A stretch of 64,000 bases of DNA from an uncultured Gemmataceae bacterium (GCA_963750165.1 CAVVPN010000011.1:608001-672000), one strand, 5' to 3'. Positions 1 through 9,973 are shown, counted from the stretch's first letter. Numbers and translations are program-made. The notes: generated by a model from the letters alone, not told the origin.

Positions 1-110
1 CGTAAACGGCACTCGAGGTGGTTCGGATCGTGGTGCAGGCGTCGCGCCCGCGGACCCTCCACGCAGGCGCGACGCCTGCACCACGGCAATGCCAGGCGTT
101 GCCGGGTGGC

Positions 111-278
111 GCAAGGACGCCAAGAACGCCAAGAACGCCAACTTTTTCACACGTCAAGAATGGGCGCCCTGGCTCCGGACTGGTGGCACGGCGCGACCAC
201 CAGCGGCGGCGGTTGCCACAGCAAGGGGGCCAAGGGGGCCAAGGGGGCCAACTTTTTCACACGTCGAGATTCGGCGCC
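111..278 (+). repeat. Two tandem copies of a non-palindromic element: 3x nonamer (CAAGAACGC/CAAGGGGGC) + CAACTTTTTCACACGTC
   Basis: Copies at ~111-160 and ~201-278; a third copy at 44464-44545. Confidence 0.85.
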
Positions 279-407
279 AGTGCGCCGTTATATTGGCGCT
301 GGCGGCGTGCCTTCCGGGATGAGAAAATCGACGGTCACAGGCAATCCATCCGCGCCGGGAACGAATGGCTGAATGTGCTCCCCTGAATCACCACGGAGAT
401 CTCCCCC

Positions 408-3059
408 ATGACCTGGACGTTCCAAACATTTCTCTCCAAATGGAAACCAACTGCCCGGTTCGTCGTCGCCTGTCTGCTCAAAGCCGCGGGCGGCGCAGCA
501 GCGGCAACCGATCCTGCCAACGTGCAGCTTTACCAGTGCCTGACCGCCAGCAGCGAACAGGCGGCGGAACACCTCTTCGACACACTGGCCGTGGAGCAAC
601 AGCGGGAAGTCGAAGACTGCTTCACGCGACTGCGACCATACCTCGACCAGCACGCCGCGTTGATCCGCCGGCTGGAAGCGCTCGCCGAGCAACAGGAAGG
701 CCAAATCCTCTCCGTCGAATCACTGAGCGAGTTGATCCGCAGCCGGCTGCCGGCAGACCTGAAGCCGGCGTTGCACTGCTGCCTGGATCAACTGGGCGGT
801 ATCCAGAAGCAACTGCGCGAGATCAAGGGCATCCTCAACAAGTTCAAGCCGGGTGTCTCCTACGAGAATGAGGAGGAACGCGCCATCCTGCGGCAACTGC
901 GCGAGAAGTTCCGCAGCCTGCCTCCCGAGCAACAAAAGGCCGCCAACTGGTCCGAGATGGCCGACCGTCTCTTTGATGCCGGCCTGTTCGACCTGGCGCG
1001 CGAAGAGCACGAGAACGCCGCCAGGGCTGCCGAACAGGAGCACAACCGGGCACTGGCGGCGGCGGAGCATTTCAAGGCGTACCGCGCCGCTTGCGAGAAG
1101 GAGCGATGGCCGGCAGCGCTGGCGTCGTTGCGGCAGGCGGTCGAGTTGAACCCGCAGCTGGCGCCGTTCGACTGGGAGCAATACGAGTTGTTAGACATCC
1201 TGGGAGCGGGTGGTTTCGGCACCGTGTTCCGCTGCCGGGACCGGCACCTGGACAAAGAGGTCGCCATCAAGGCCATTCACACGGGTGAGTTGGCCCGCGG
1301 GGTTCAGGAGGTGTTCAAGGAAGCGGCCATCCTCACGAAGTTGAAGCACCCGGCCATCATCGCCGTCCAGGGGGCCCACTTCGCCGATGCGTCCAAACAG
1401 CGGCCCTACATCGTCATGGACTATTTTCCGAGCCAGAGCTTGGCAACGCGCTTGAAGCAGCACGGGCCGTTGCCCGTGGCAGAGTTCATGCGCGTCGTCC
1501 GGCCGGTTGCGGAGGCGTTGCGGGCCGCCCACCAGGCCAAACCCCATCCCGTTTACCACCGCGATGTCAAGCCGGACAATTTGTTGCTGGGAGAGGCAGG
1601 GCAAATCAAGGTGATCGACTACGGCCTGGCCGTGCGCGTGGCCGCGGCCCACAATAGCGTCTCGCGACCGGCGGAGCGCCGCACGGTGCGGGACCAGTGC
1701 TACGCCGGCACCCTCGAATACGCGCCCCCTGAGCAGAAGGGGGAACTGAGCCAACCGGTGGGGCCCTACTCGGACATTTACGCCTTCGGCCGCACGTGCT
1801 GCAAGCTACTGTTTGGCGTCCCCACCCTCCACCGCCATCCCACCGACCCCAAACCCCACCACTACAACCGCACGGTGGATCCCCTTCCTCAAGCCCTGGT
1901 GGACCTGCTGGAACGCTGTGGGCAACATAAAGTGGAAGACCGGCCGCAGGATTTTCAGGACGTGCTGGACGTGCTGGACGCCATCGCTCACGAACTGGAC
2001 CTCCAGCAACAGCGGCAGCGCGAGCATGAGGAAGAAGCCCGGCGGCGCGAAACTGCCGCGGTTCGCCAGCGCGCGGAGGCAGAGGAGCGTCAGCGCCTGA
2101 TACTGTTGCAACAGGAAGGCGAAAAGAAACTGGCCGAACTGCACCGCACCACCCTGGACGAGACGCGGGGCAAGCATTATGCGAATGACGCGGGGTTGCG
2201 CGAGTATTACCACATCACGGCGGAGCGAGCCGAACACATTCGGAACAATGTGTGCGACCTGTGGTTGAAGGCCAATCCGCCCAGGAAGGAACGCCCGGCG
2301 GGCGAATTGTTCACCAACAGTCTCGGCATGAAGTTCGCCTGGATCCCACCGGGCACGTTCCTCATGGGCAGCCCGCCAAACGAACCCGGCCATCAGCCCA
2401 ACGAATGCCAGCACCCCGTCACCTTGACCCGCGGCTTTTACATGGGCATCTTTCCGGTGACCCAGGACCAGTGGCGCGCGGTAACGGGCAAAGCGACGTC
2501 GCACTTCCGGGGCGACGCCTTGCTGGGCGGCCTGCAAATGACCCGGGCGCTCCTGTCCGCGGTGGAGAGCGAATTGCCGGTTCACCTCCGGGGTAACCGA
2601 CTGCCGGTGGAGCAGCTGTCGTGGGAGGATTGCCAGTCCTTCTTGAGGGAACTGAGCCGCCGGGACGGCCGGACCTACTGGCTGCCCACCGAGGCCCAGT
2701 GGGAGTATGCCTGCCGCGCGGGCACGACCACCGCGTATGCGTTCGGGGCCAACCTGACCCCGCAACGGGCTAACTTCAATGGCGGCCAGACGACCGCCGT
2801 CGGCTCGTATGCTCCCAACGCATGGGGGTTGTACGACATGCACGGCAACGTCTGGGAGTGGTGCGCCGACTTCTTTGCTGAGGATTACTACCTGAAAAGC
2901 CCGCAGGTGGACCCGGTCAACCTGGAGGACACCGGGAAGCGGTCGATTCGTGGCGGCGCCTGGATGTCAACGGACTGTCGCAGCGCCGTCCGGCAGGGGT
3001 GGAAGCCAACCTTTATCTATAAGGATCTCGGCGTGCGCGTGTGTTTCTTTCCGGAATGA
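408..3059 (+). CDS. Ser/Thr protein kinase with N-terminal helical/TPR-like region and C-terminal FGE-sulfatase (SUMF1) domain
   Basis: GAGGFG, VAIK, HRDVKPDN, DYG, YAPPE kinase motifs; C-terminal LPTEAQWEYACRAG, NAWGLYDMHGNVWEW, RGGAW. Confidence 0.92.
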   Translation: MTWTFQTFLSKWKPTARFVVACLLKAAGGAAAATDPANVQLYQCLTASSEQAAEHLFDTLAVEQQREVEDCFTRLRPYLDQHAALIRRLEALAEQQEGQILSVESLSELIRSRLPADLKPALHCCLDQLGGIQKQLREIKGILNKFKPGVSYENEEERAILRQLREKFRSLPPEQQKAANWSEMADRLFDAGLFDLAREEHENAARAAEQEHNRALAAAEHFKAYRAACEKERWPAALASLRQAVELNPQLAPFDWEQYELLDILGAGGFGTVFRCRDRHLDKEVAIKAIHTGELARGVQEVFKEAAILTKLKHPAIIAVQGAHFADASKQRPYIVMDYFPSQSLATRLKQHGPLPVAEFMRVVRPVAEALRAAHQAKPHPVYHRDVKPDNLLLGEAGQIKVIDYGLAVRVAAAHNSVSRPAERRTVRDQCYAGTLEYAPPEQKGELSQPVGPYSDIYAFGRTCCKLLFGVPTLHRHPTDPKPHHYNRTVDPLPQALVDLLERCGQHKVEDRPQDFQDVLDVLDAIAHELDLQQQRQREHEEEARRRETAAVRQRAEAEERQRLILLQQEGEKKLAELHRTTLDETRGKHYANDAGLREYYHITAERAEHIRNNVCDLWLKANPPRKERPAGELFTNSLGMKFAWIPPGTFLMGSPPNEPGHQPNECQHPVTLTRGFYMGIFPVTQDQWRAVTGKATSHFRGDALLGGLQMTRALLSAVESELPVHLRGNRLPVEQLSWEDCQSFLRELSRRDGRTYWLPTEAQWEYACRAGTTTAYAFGANLTPQRANFNGGQTTAVGSYAPNAWGLYDMHGNVWEWCADFFAEDYYLKSPQVDPVNLEDTGKRSIRGGAWMSTDCRSAVRQGWKPTFIYKDLGVRVCFFPE

Positions 3060-3140
3060 GTGCCGAATCGAGAGGCGTAGCCGCCAACAAATCGCGCAGC
3101 CAGTGGGTCCGGGAGGAGATACCGGTCATTTTAGAGCGGT

Positions 3141-3224
3141 TCGCAGTTGGGTGTAGCGGAAGTCGCCAGACTTCCGTCCGGTGCTGCTCGGAAGTCTGGC
3201 GACTTCCGCTACACCCATTCGCAA
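3141..3224. repeat. GTAG-type REP-like inverted doublet
   Basis: TGGGTGTAGCGGAAGTCGCCAGACTTCCG...CGGAAGTCTGGCGACTTCCGCTACACCCA; near-identical copy at 56851-56932. Confidence 0.85.
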
Positions 3225-3419
3225 TCTGCAATAGTCTCGTTCGACGCCACCCGAAGATGGGCCTACTGGCTCTCCATCCAGCAGTATTTCAAAGGGAAGA
3301 CTGCTCGGAAGCCGAAGAAGAGCGCGAAGAGTGTTCGCATCCGCGTGCCAAAACGCCAGCCGGTGACCCGGCGGGCCATCGCAATCATGCGCGCGCTGAT
3401 GTTGGCGGCACTCCAGTAA
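3225..3419 (+). pseudogene. 5'-truncated gene remnant, resembling the C-terminus of DUF4365 proteins
   Basis: FDATRRWAYWLSIQQYF...SVRIRVPKRQPVTRRAIAIMR ends at TAA just before the RBS of the next gene; no start downstream of the REP; family call from recall. Confidence 0.45.
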
Positions 3420-3435
3420 GCTTGAGGAGCAGACG

Positions 3436-3693
3436 ATGAAACGCGCGGACGTTACCTACGGCCAAATGGACCGAGTGCTCCGCGCGCTCGGTTTCTCCTG
3501 CACGCCCTCCAAGAAGGAGCCTCCCGGCCGCTTTTACGAGCATAAGGAATCCGGGGCGAAGATTGTGTTGCCCACATTTCCGGACAACGCGCGCGTCTAC
3601 GAGCACCATCTGCTCACCGTTCGCATCACCCTGGACAACTTCGGCATCGCGGACCCCACGACGTTCGACGCCAAACTGCAGAAGGCCGGTTAA
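3436..3693 (+). CDS. HicA-like (dsRBD-fold) small protein
   Basis: GAGGAG RBS; 85 aa; VTYGQMDRVLRALGF...FYEH...IVLP pattern; lacks the canonical GSH motif. Confidence 0.6.
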   Translation: MKRADVTYGQMDRVLRALGFSCTPSKKEPPGRFYEHKESGAKIVLPTFPDNARVYEHHLLTVRITLDNFGIADPTTFDAKLQKAG

Positions 3694-3777
3694 TGTCGTG
3701 CGGTTTGGCGGCGAACAAGCGGCGGAGCGCCCGCGCCAGGGTTGAGGTGACCACACTCGGAGAACCAGGAGGGATTC

Positions 3778-4194
3778 ATGACGCCCACACCCATCGCGAT
3801 TGGGCTCATACTCTGTGACCGCGTCATCGTGGACAAGGACACCTATTGTCCCTCGGCCATCGGCATCTTCACCGGCCTGGCCGTCGAACACTTCCCGTCC
3901 GACCCCCAGCGCTTTTCGGTCTTCGCGGTGCTGACCGACGCGAAGGGCGAAGGCCGGGGGAGGTTGGTGGTGTACCGCCTGGACGATCACTGGCAGCGTC
4001 AGGAGGAAATCTACAGCACCGAGAACACGATCCGTTTCCCGGATCGCTTCACCGTGGTAAACTTCAACCAGAGGGTGCGAAGCATTCGCTTCGCAATCGC
4101 CGGTTATTACGAAGCTGTCTTGTTCATTGACGGCGACGAGGTTGCTCACCGGCGCATAAAAGTCTACCAATCTGCTCCCGGCACCGTTCTTTGA
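3778..4194 (+). CDS. Hypothetical beta-rich protein (DUF6941-like)
   Basis: AGGAGG RBS; LILCDRVIVD...IGIF...GYYEAVLFIDG pattern. Confidence 0.65.
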   Translation: MTPTPIAIGLILCDRVIVDKDTYCPSAIGIFTGLAVEHFPSDPQRFSVFAVLTDAKGEGRGRLVVYRLDDHWQRQEEIYSTENTIRFPDRFTVVNFNQRVRSIRFAIAGYYEAVLFIDGDEVAHRRIKVYQSAPGTVL

Positions 4195-4206
4195 GAGGAA
4201 TACGCC

Positions 4207-4434
4207 ATGCACGACCCCTCGGATCCCACGAACAAATATCCGACCCGCGAGGACCTCTACGGTTATTACGTCGAGGCGAACGAAAACGAAACCACGCGCG
4301 TCAACTGCACAATGCCCGCCGGGCAACCGATGCCTGCGAATCAGCCGCCACCGAGCCGTGAAGATCTGTACGGCATCACGATCACCGTGACGGACACGCC
4401 GGACCCGGAACAACCGAAGCCCTCGGAGGGGTGA
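4207..4434 (+). CDS. Small Pro-rich hypothetical protein with repeated P(T/S)REDLYG motif
   Basis: GAGGA RBS 5' of ATG, directly after previous gene; internal repeat. Confidence 0.55.
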   Translation: MHDPSDPTNKYPTREDLYGYYVEANENETTRVNCTMPAGQPMPANQPPPSREDLYGITITVTDTPDPEQPKPSEG

Positions 4435-5800
4435 GAACGACCGTGGTGTTTTCCAGGGGCAACGGCTTCTGCCCGCGCCAGCTCGCCAACCACTGGCAAA
4501 GCGCGTGACAACCGACGCCCGCACAAACGCACAGCAGCGGCGTGTAAATCACCCGAAACCGCGGACTCGCCTCGCTGCCGCCCGTCAGCAGCAGCACGTA
4601 CAGCGCCGGCAGCCCCAGCGCCAGCAGCAACCGCCGCTGCCGCCGCCACAGACTGACCACGCCGAGCCCCAGCAAAACGAGGAGCCCCCCCTGCCCTGCC
4701 AGCGCCTGGTAGCGCAACACTTCCGGCAACGGGCTGGCGTGGGCGGCGCTCGCGGCGCGGATGCCGTCGTCGGTCAGTTTCTCATGCGGCCCTGCGGCCA
4801 ATCGACCATAAGCCATCCGCGAGAACAGGTCGCGCTCCGGCCCGGTCAGTTCCAGGAGCATCCCCTGCGCGTGCAGCCGGGCGTAGAGCACCGGATGTTG
4901 CAGCAGGATTTCGCCGCCCTTGCGCTCCCAGGCCCGCCAGCGCTGGGCGGCCGTCGCGTCGGCGGGCAACTCGGCGTCACACTCCCGCGTCAGGCGGTCG
5001 CGCTCCACCTCGCGCGTGGTGCCGTTCAGCGCGGCGCACACACTGGCGGCCTTGTACTTCATCAGGTTAATGGCACCGACACAGGTGTAATTGGCGTAAC
5101 CCGTCGCCGCGTAATTCCGCGCCACCCATGCAACCGCCGGCAGCAGCGCCAGCAGCATGACCGCGGCCGTCCGCAACCGCTCCACACCGCGACCGCGGCC
5201 CCACAGCAGCAGCACCAGCGCCACGACCACCGGCATGAGCAGCAGCAGCGGGTGAACCAGCAGGCCCACCGCCAGTAGCGCCGTCGTTAGCCACAGGAAT
5301 TTCCGCTGACCCGTTTGCAGGTAACGCGCCACCGCCGCCAGGGCCGCCGTAACGAACAGGGCCGAATACACCTCCGAGAGCAGCAGATTCGTGTAATACG
5401 TGGTCACCGGCTCCAGCGCCAGCAGTCCCGCAGCGGCCAGGGCCGTCGGGACGTTCGCGCCCAGCACGCGCGCCAGCCAGAACGTCAGCGCCACCGTCAG
5501 CAAGGCGACGATGTGTTGCAAAACAATCGCCGCCTGCACCGCGTCGCCGGTCAAGGAATACAGCCCCGCGAGCAGCACCGGCAAGCCCGGCGGCCGGTAG
5601 ACGTTGGGCAGGTACGGCGGCTCCGCTGCCGCGCTGTAGCCGTGGCCAGCGTGCAGGTTGACGGCCAGCTGGTGATAGCCCCACGAGTCGTACTCCAGGA
5701 ACACCAGCGGTCGCTGCCAGTTCAGCACCAGCGGCAACAACCGCAGCAGCACCGCGACCAGCAGCAGCAAAAACAGCAGCCATCCGTTGCGTTTGTTCAT
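4382..5800 (-). CDS. ArnT/PMT-family (GT-C) membrane glycosyltransferase
   Basis: Multi-TM; YDSWGY, YRPPGLP, LLSE, WVARNY, PRFR motifs; start placed at MNKRNG. Confidence 0.8.
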   Translation of the reverse strand: MNKRNGWLLFLLLLVAVLLRLLPLVLNWQRPLVFLEYDSWGYHQLAVNLHAGHGYSAAAEPPYLPNVYRPPGLPVLLAGLYSLTGDAVQAAIVLQHIVALLTVALTFWLARVLGANVPTALAAAGLLALEPVTTYYTNLLLSEVYSALFVTAALAAVARYLQTGQRKFLWLTTALLAVGLLVHPLLLLMPVVVALVLLLWGRGRGVERLRTAAVMLLALLPAVAWVARNYAATGYANYTCVGAINLMKYKAASVCAALNGTTREVERDRLTRECDAELPADATAAQRWRAWERKGGEILLQHPVLYARLHAQGMLLELTGPERDLFSRMAYGRLAAGPHEKLTDDGIRAASAAHASPLPEVLRYQALAGQGGLLVLLGLGVVSLWRRQRRLLLALGLPALYVLLLTGGSEASPRFRVIYTPLLCVCAGVGCHALCQWLASWRGQKPLPLENTTVVLTPPRASVVPGPACPSR

Positions 5801-6086
5801 GCGCTCGCAAGCTCGATAGTGGGACCACCGCCGCGTCCTGGCGCGACCCCCGGCTGCGCCGCCAGACCACCGCCAGAACAGGTTGACGAAGGACAGCACT
5901 TCAATCTCGGTTCCTCAGGAGTAAAGGAAGGTATTTGGATCGATCCGGATTTGCAAGCCGAGTTTGCCAATCCTGCCGTTGGAATCAGTGTTCCAGCGGG
6001 CTTCGGATGCGCCTTCCGAAGTCTCACGACTTCGGCTACAAAGACCACTACACCCCGCAAGGTCCGCGAACTGGTCGGAGGGCTTC

Positions 6087-6496
6087 ATGAACGACATCCT
6101 GGCCGTGGTGGAGACGGGCATTTACGCGGACGATCTGGACCAGGCGGCACACTTTTACCGTGACGTGCTTGGGCTGCCGCTGATCGCCCACGAGGCGGGG
6201 CGGCACGTGTTCTTCCGCGTCGGCGCTGCCAGCATGTTGCTGGTGTTCGCGCCGGCAAGCACGCTGAAGGGCGACCACCTGCCGGCGCATGGGCGCGCGG
6301 GCCAGGGCACTTCGCCCTCGGCATCCCGGCGGATGCGCTGGATTACTGGCGGCAGCGCTTGCGGGCGCACGGCGTCGCCATCGAGCAGGAGGTGGCGTGG
6401 CCGCGCGGCGGTCATTCGCTGTACTTCCGCGACCCGGCGGGCAACGCGGTGGAATTGCTGACGCCCGGGCTGTGGGGGTTGCCCTCGGGATGGTGA
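6087..6496 (+). CDS. VOC/glyoxalase family protein (frameshift near 6295)
   Basis: VVETGIYADDL..FYRDVLGL in one frame; HFALGI...WPRGGHSLYFRDPAGNAVELLTPGLWG in the next. Confidence 0.8.
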
Positions 6497-6514
6497 CCGT
6501 CCGCCAACTCCGCT

Positions 6515-6901
6515 TCAGGCTGCTCGGGCGCGACCCAGCGATTGGTAGGCCATGATAAACAGGATCAACATAATACCGTCCACGATGGCGAACGGCTTGA
6601 ACAACAGCGGCAGGTCGGTGGTGACCCAGTAATAGCCGACGAGGCCGGTGTAGCTCAGTTTCAGCAGCACGCCAAAGGGAATGAGGTTGCGGTTGGACCG
6701 CGGCGCGGCCGCAACCGTGAGGAACATGACCCCGAAGATGACCAGCAGCAGGGCGCCAAACTCAATGTAGCCCCAGTGATTCGGAAAGGGGACGCCGGCT
6801 TCCTCGAACAGCTGCGGCCCCCAGCCGAGAAAGACCACGCCGATGACGCCATCATAAAGAGCCGCGACGAAAAACAGCAAACGCACCATCATCGTGGACA
6901 T
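6515..6901 (-). CDS. Small 4-TM membrane protein
   Basis: MSTMMVRLLFFVAALYDG..., four hydrophobic segments, GGAGGA RBS. Confidence 0.75.
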   Translation of the reverse strand: MSTMMVRLLFFVAALYDGVIGVVFLGWGPQLFEEAGVPFPNHWGYIEFGALLLVIFGVMFLTVAAAPRSNRNLIPFGVLLKLSYTGLVGYYWVTTDLPLLFKPFAIVDGIMLILFIMAYQSLGRARAA

Positions 6902-7090
6902 GACACATCCTCCCCACCCAGGTTGTATTTCCGGCAGCGAATCGGTCCACGGCATTCTGGCCATCGCCTTGGGCAATTGCAAGCATCGAGTCGCTACCAG
7001 TGGGAGACGCGCGTTTGCTTGCCCGGCCTGTCCGGCGTGGGTAAAGTAACACCGTCCCTCAATCCTCTTCCTCTTGCGGAGCACCAGGCA

Positions 7091-7873
7091 ATGGCCGACC
7101 AGATTCCCCGCACGGTGAGCCGTGAATTGCAGTTCGCGCACGGCAAGGCCCTCGGCATCAGCAACCGCTGGCAGGGTGGGCAATACTGCTCCATTCTGAC
7201 GCCGGCGGGCATCGTCGGCTGTGGCATCTACGACCTGGAAACGCCGGCGGAGTTCGGCCAGGCCATCGCCATCGCCCGCGGCACTCCCGCCTGCCCCCTG
7301 ACCGAACCAGAGGACCTGTTCGACGCCCGTATCGTCGGCGTCACACCGCAGGCGGCCGCGTACGGCATCCACGTCGGCCTGACCGGCCGCGAAGCGGTCG
7401 AACTGCTGTTGCAGGCGTCGCCGCTCCCGGCGCCACGGCAGGAAGCGGCGCCGGCCGCCGGCATTCGCGTCAAGACCATCGACCATGTGACGCTGGTGGT
7501 GAAGGACCTGGAGCGATCGCGGGCGTTCTACGTGCGGACGCTGGGAATGCGGGAGGTGCCGCGGCCGGCGTTCTCGTTCGCGGGGCTGTGGTTCCAGGCG
7601 GGCGCGACGCAGGTTCACCTGATTTTGGAGTTCGCCGGCTCAGGGCCCGCGGGCAACCTGCTGCCGGCGGCCCAGCGCGGCAGTCGCACGCACCACCTCG
7701 CCTTCGCGGTAGAGGACGCCACGGCGGTCGCGGGGCGGCTGCGCGAACTCGGCGTCCCCGTCCTGAGCGGCCCGCAGCCACGGCCGGACGGTTACACGCA
7801 GGTGTTCGTCACCGACCCGGACGGCCACGTTATCGAGTTGTGTTCGGCCCCGCGATCAGATAAAACAGAGTAA
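7091..7873 (+). CDS. YunC (DUF1805)-VOC fusion protein
   Basis: N-half GIVGCGIYD...GVTPQAAAYGIHVGLTGREA (YunC-like); C-half IDHVTLVV..FY..HHLAF..DPDGHVIE (VOC). Confidence 0.75.
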   Translation: MADQIPRTVSRELQFAHGKALGISNRWQGGQYCSILTPAGIVGCGIYDLETPAEFGQAIAIARGTPACPLTEPEDLFDARIVGVTPQAAAYGIHVGLTGREAVELLLQASPLPAPRQEAAPAAGIRVKTIDHVTLVVKDLERSRAFYVRTLGMREVPRPAFSFAGLWFQAGATQVHLILEFAGSGPAGNLLPAAQRGSRTHHLAFAVEDATAVAGRLRELGVPVLSGPQPRPDGYTQVFVTDPDGHVIELCSAPRSDKTE

Positions 7874-7908
7874 ATGTTTGGACTCACCACGTTATGCCGG
7901 GGGGCATC

Positions 7909-9237
7909 ATGTTGACGTTGGTTACGGGCAAGCAACGCTTCTGTGACGGCATGAGCCGGCGGTCGTTCCTGCAAATCGGCTCGCTGGCGCTGGGCGGCCT
8001 GAGTCTGCCGGGACTGCTCCAGGCCGAGCAGCACAGCGGCCGGGGGTCGCGGCGCTCGGTCATCATGGTCTACCTGTCGGGCGGCTTGTCCCACCACGAC
8101 TCCTTCGACCTGAAGCCGAACGCCCCGCGCGAGATTGCCGGCGAGTTCCGGCCCATTGCCACGCGCGTGCCGGGCATCCAGATCGGCGAGCTGCTGCCGC
8201 GTCTGGCCGGGATGATGGACAAACTGGCCATCGTCCGCTCCGTCGTTGGCCAGCGCGACGAGCACTCCAGCTTCCAGTCGCTGACGGGCTACACCATGGA
8301 CCTGGCCCGCCGGGAGGGCCGACCCAACGTCTGCTCGGTGATCGCCCGCACCCTGCGGCAGACGGCGCCGACCGTGCCCGCCTTCGTCGATCTGTTCCCG
8401 ACGATGCAGCACCGGCCGTACAACATCCCCGGCCCCGGGTTCGCCGGCCCGGCCTTCGCCGGCGCCAAGGTGGAGAACGACGGCCTGGGCGTCATGCGCC
8501 TGCGCGACCTGACCGTGGCGCAGTTTCAGGACCGCCGCCGGTTGCTGCAAGCGGTGGACGGCCTGCGCCGCGGTCTGGACAACGCCCAGGTCGAGCGCAT
8601 GAACACATCTTACCGGCAGGCTTTCGAGGTGCTGACGAGCAATCGGCTGGTGGAAGCGCTGGACGTGGGGCGCGAACCGCGGGCGGTCCGCGACCGCTAC
8701 GGCCACGGTTCGCCACGGCACCAGGGCGACGGGGCGCCGCTGTGGAACGATCAATTACTGGTGGCCCGGCGCCTGGTGGAGGCAGGGGTGCGCTGCGTCA
8801 CGGTGGCCTACGGCTTCTGGGACACGCACGGCCAGAACTTCCGCCACCTGCGCGGTAACCTGCCAGTGTTCGACCGCGGCATTTCGGCGCTGGTCGAGGA
8901 CCTGCACCAGCGCGGCCTGGACCGCGAGGTGACCGTGCTGGTCTGGGGTGAGTTCGGCCGCACGCCACGCATCAACCGCGACGCCGGCCGCGACCACTGG
9001 GCGCCGGTCAACTGCGCGTTGCTGGCGGGCGGCGGCATGCCCACCGGTCAGGTCGTCGGCGCCACCGACCGCTTCGGCGGCCACGCCACGGTGCGGCCGG
9101 TGCATTACCGTGACATCCTGGCCACGGTCTACCACAACCTCGGCATCGACCCGCACAGCCACCTCCGCGACCAGCTCAACCGTCCCGTGCCGATCATGCC
9201 CGAGGACGCACGGCCGGTGGCGGAACTGTGCTCCTGA
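7909..9237 (+). CDS. DUF1501 protein
   Basis: Tat-like SRRSFL, GGLSHHDSFDLKP, WDTH, GEFGRTP, RDHW. Confidence 0.93.
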   Translation: MLTLVTGKQRFCDGMSRRSFLQIGSLALGGLSLPGLLQAEQHSGRGSRRSVIMVYLSGGLSHHDSFDLKPNAPREIAGEFRPIATRVPGIQIGELLPRLAGMMDKLAIVRSVVGQRDEHSSFQSLTGYTMDLARREGRPNVCSVIARTLRQTAPTVPAFVDLFPTMQHRPYNIPGPGFAGPAFAGAKVENDGLGVMRLRDLTVAQFQDRRRLLQAVDGLRRGLDNAQVERMNTSYRQAFEVLTSNRLVEALDVGREPRAVRDRYGHGSPRHQGDGAPLWNDQLLVARRLVEAGVRCVTVAYGFWDTHGQNFRHLRGNLPVFDRGISALVEDLHQRGLDREVTVLVWGEFGRTPRINRDAGRDHWAPVNCALLAGGGMPTGQVVGATDRFGGHATVRPVHYRDILATVYHNLGIDPHSHLRDQLNRPVPIMPEDARPVAELCS

Positions 9238-9267
9238 CGCCGCTGCACTCCACGGCTGCTGGCAAAC

Positions 9268-9321
9268 GGGAGGGATGAACCCCCCTGCTGGTGTGCGAAC
9301 CAACAGGGGTTCACCCCTCCC
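9268..9321. repeat. Palindromic intergenic hairpin between convergent genes
   Basis: GGGAGGGATGAACCCC...GGGGTTCACCCCTCCC. Confidence 0.6.
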
Positions 9322-9337
9322 GCTTGCCCGTTACGGA

Positions 9338-9973
9338 TTACTTCACCTTCCCCAAACGATCGATGGCCTGTTTCATGGCGTTCAGGACGGCCGGTTCGCC
9401 GCCGACAAACACCTCGCGCACCTCCCCCTTGCGGTCGAGCAGCACCATCTGCGGCACCTGCTCGATCTGATAATCCGCCATCGCCTTGTCCGCTTCTTCC
9501 TTGTTCAACACCCACAGCCGGAATTTCAGCTTTTGCAGGGCCATGTATTCCTTGTACAGCTCCTTTTCCGCCTCCGGAGGAAGGGCGCCCTTGGCCAGGG
9601 TCATCTGCCGGCTGACGGGATTGAGCGTCAACTTCTGTTTGAACGCGCCGGCGTAGACGGTCACGCCAACCACGACCACGCCGCGGATCTCGAATTCTTT
9701 CTGCCAATCGTTCCACAATGGCAGACAGTTCACGCAGGTGGTGTTCCACAACGTACAGAAGTTCAGCACGACGACCTTGCCCTTCAACTCGGACAGTTTG
9801 GTTTCCTTGCCGTTGACGGCATAATCCGCCTGCAGGGGCGGCGCCGGCTGGCCGCGCAACTGTTCGGGGTTTTTCTTCTTGCCCTGCGGCGCGGCGGCCA
9901 CCGGAAGCAGCACCGCCGCCAGAACTAAAGCGGTCAGACCAAGCAGAACGGAGAACCGTTTGCACAAAACCAT
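9338..9973 (-). CDS. Exported TlpA/redoxin-like thioredoxin-fold protein
   Basis: Signal peptide; LSELKGKVVVLNF, WNTTCVNC, VPQMVLLDRKG. Confidence 0.8.
   Translation of the reverse strand: MVLCKRFSVLLGLTALVLAAVLLPVAAAPQGKKKNPEQLRGQPAPPLQADYAVNGKETKLSELKGKVVVLNFCTLWNTTCVNCLPLWNDWQKEFEIRGVVVVGVTVYAGAFKQKLTLNPVSRQMTLAKGALPPEAEKELYKEYMALQKLKFRLWVLNKEEADKAMADYQIEQVPQMVLLDRKGEVREVFVGGEPAVLNAMKQAIDRLGKVK

Noticed and set aside
9338..9973. Selenocysteine or recoding in the redoxin active site
   Set aside because: No in-frame TGA; the motif is simply atypical (WNTTCVNC).
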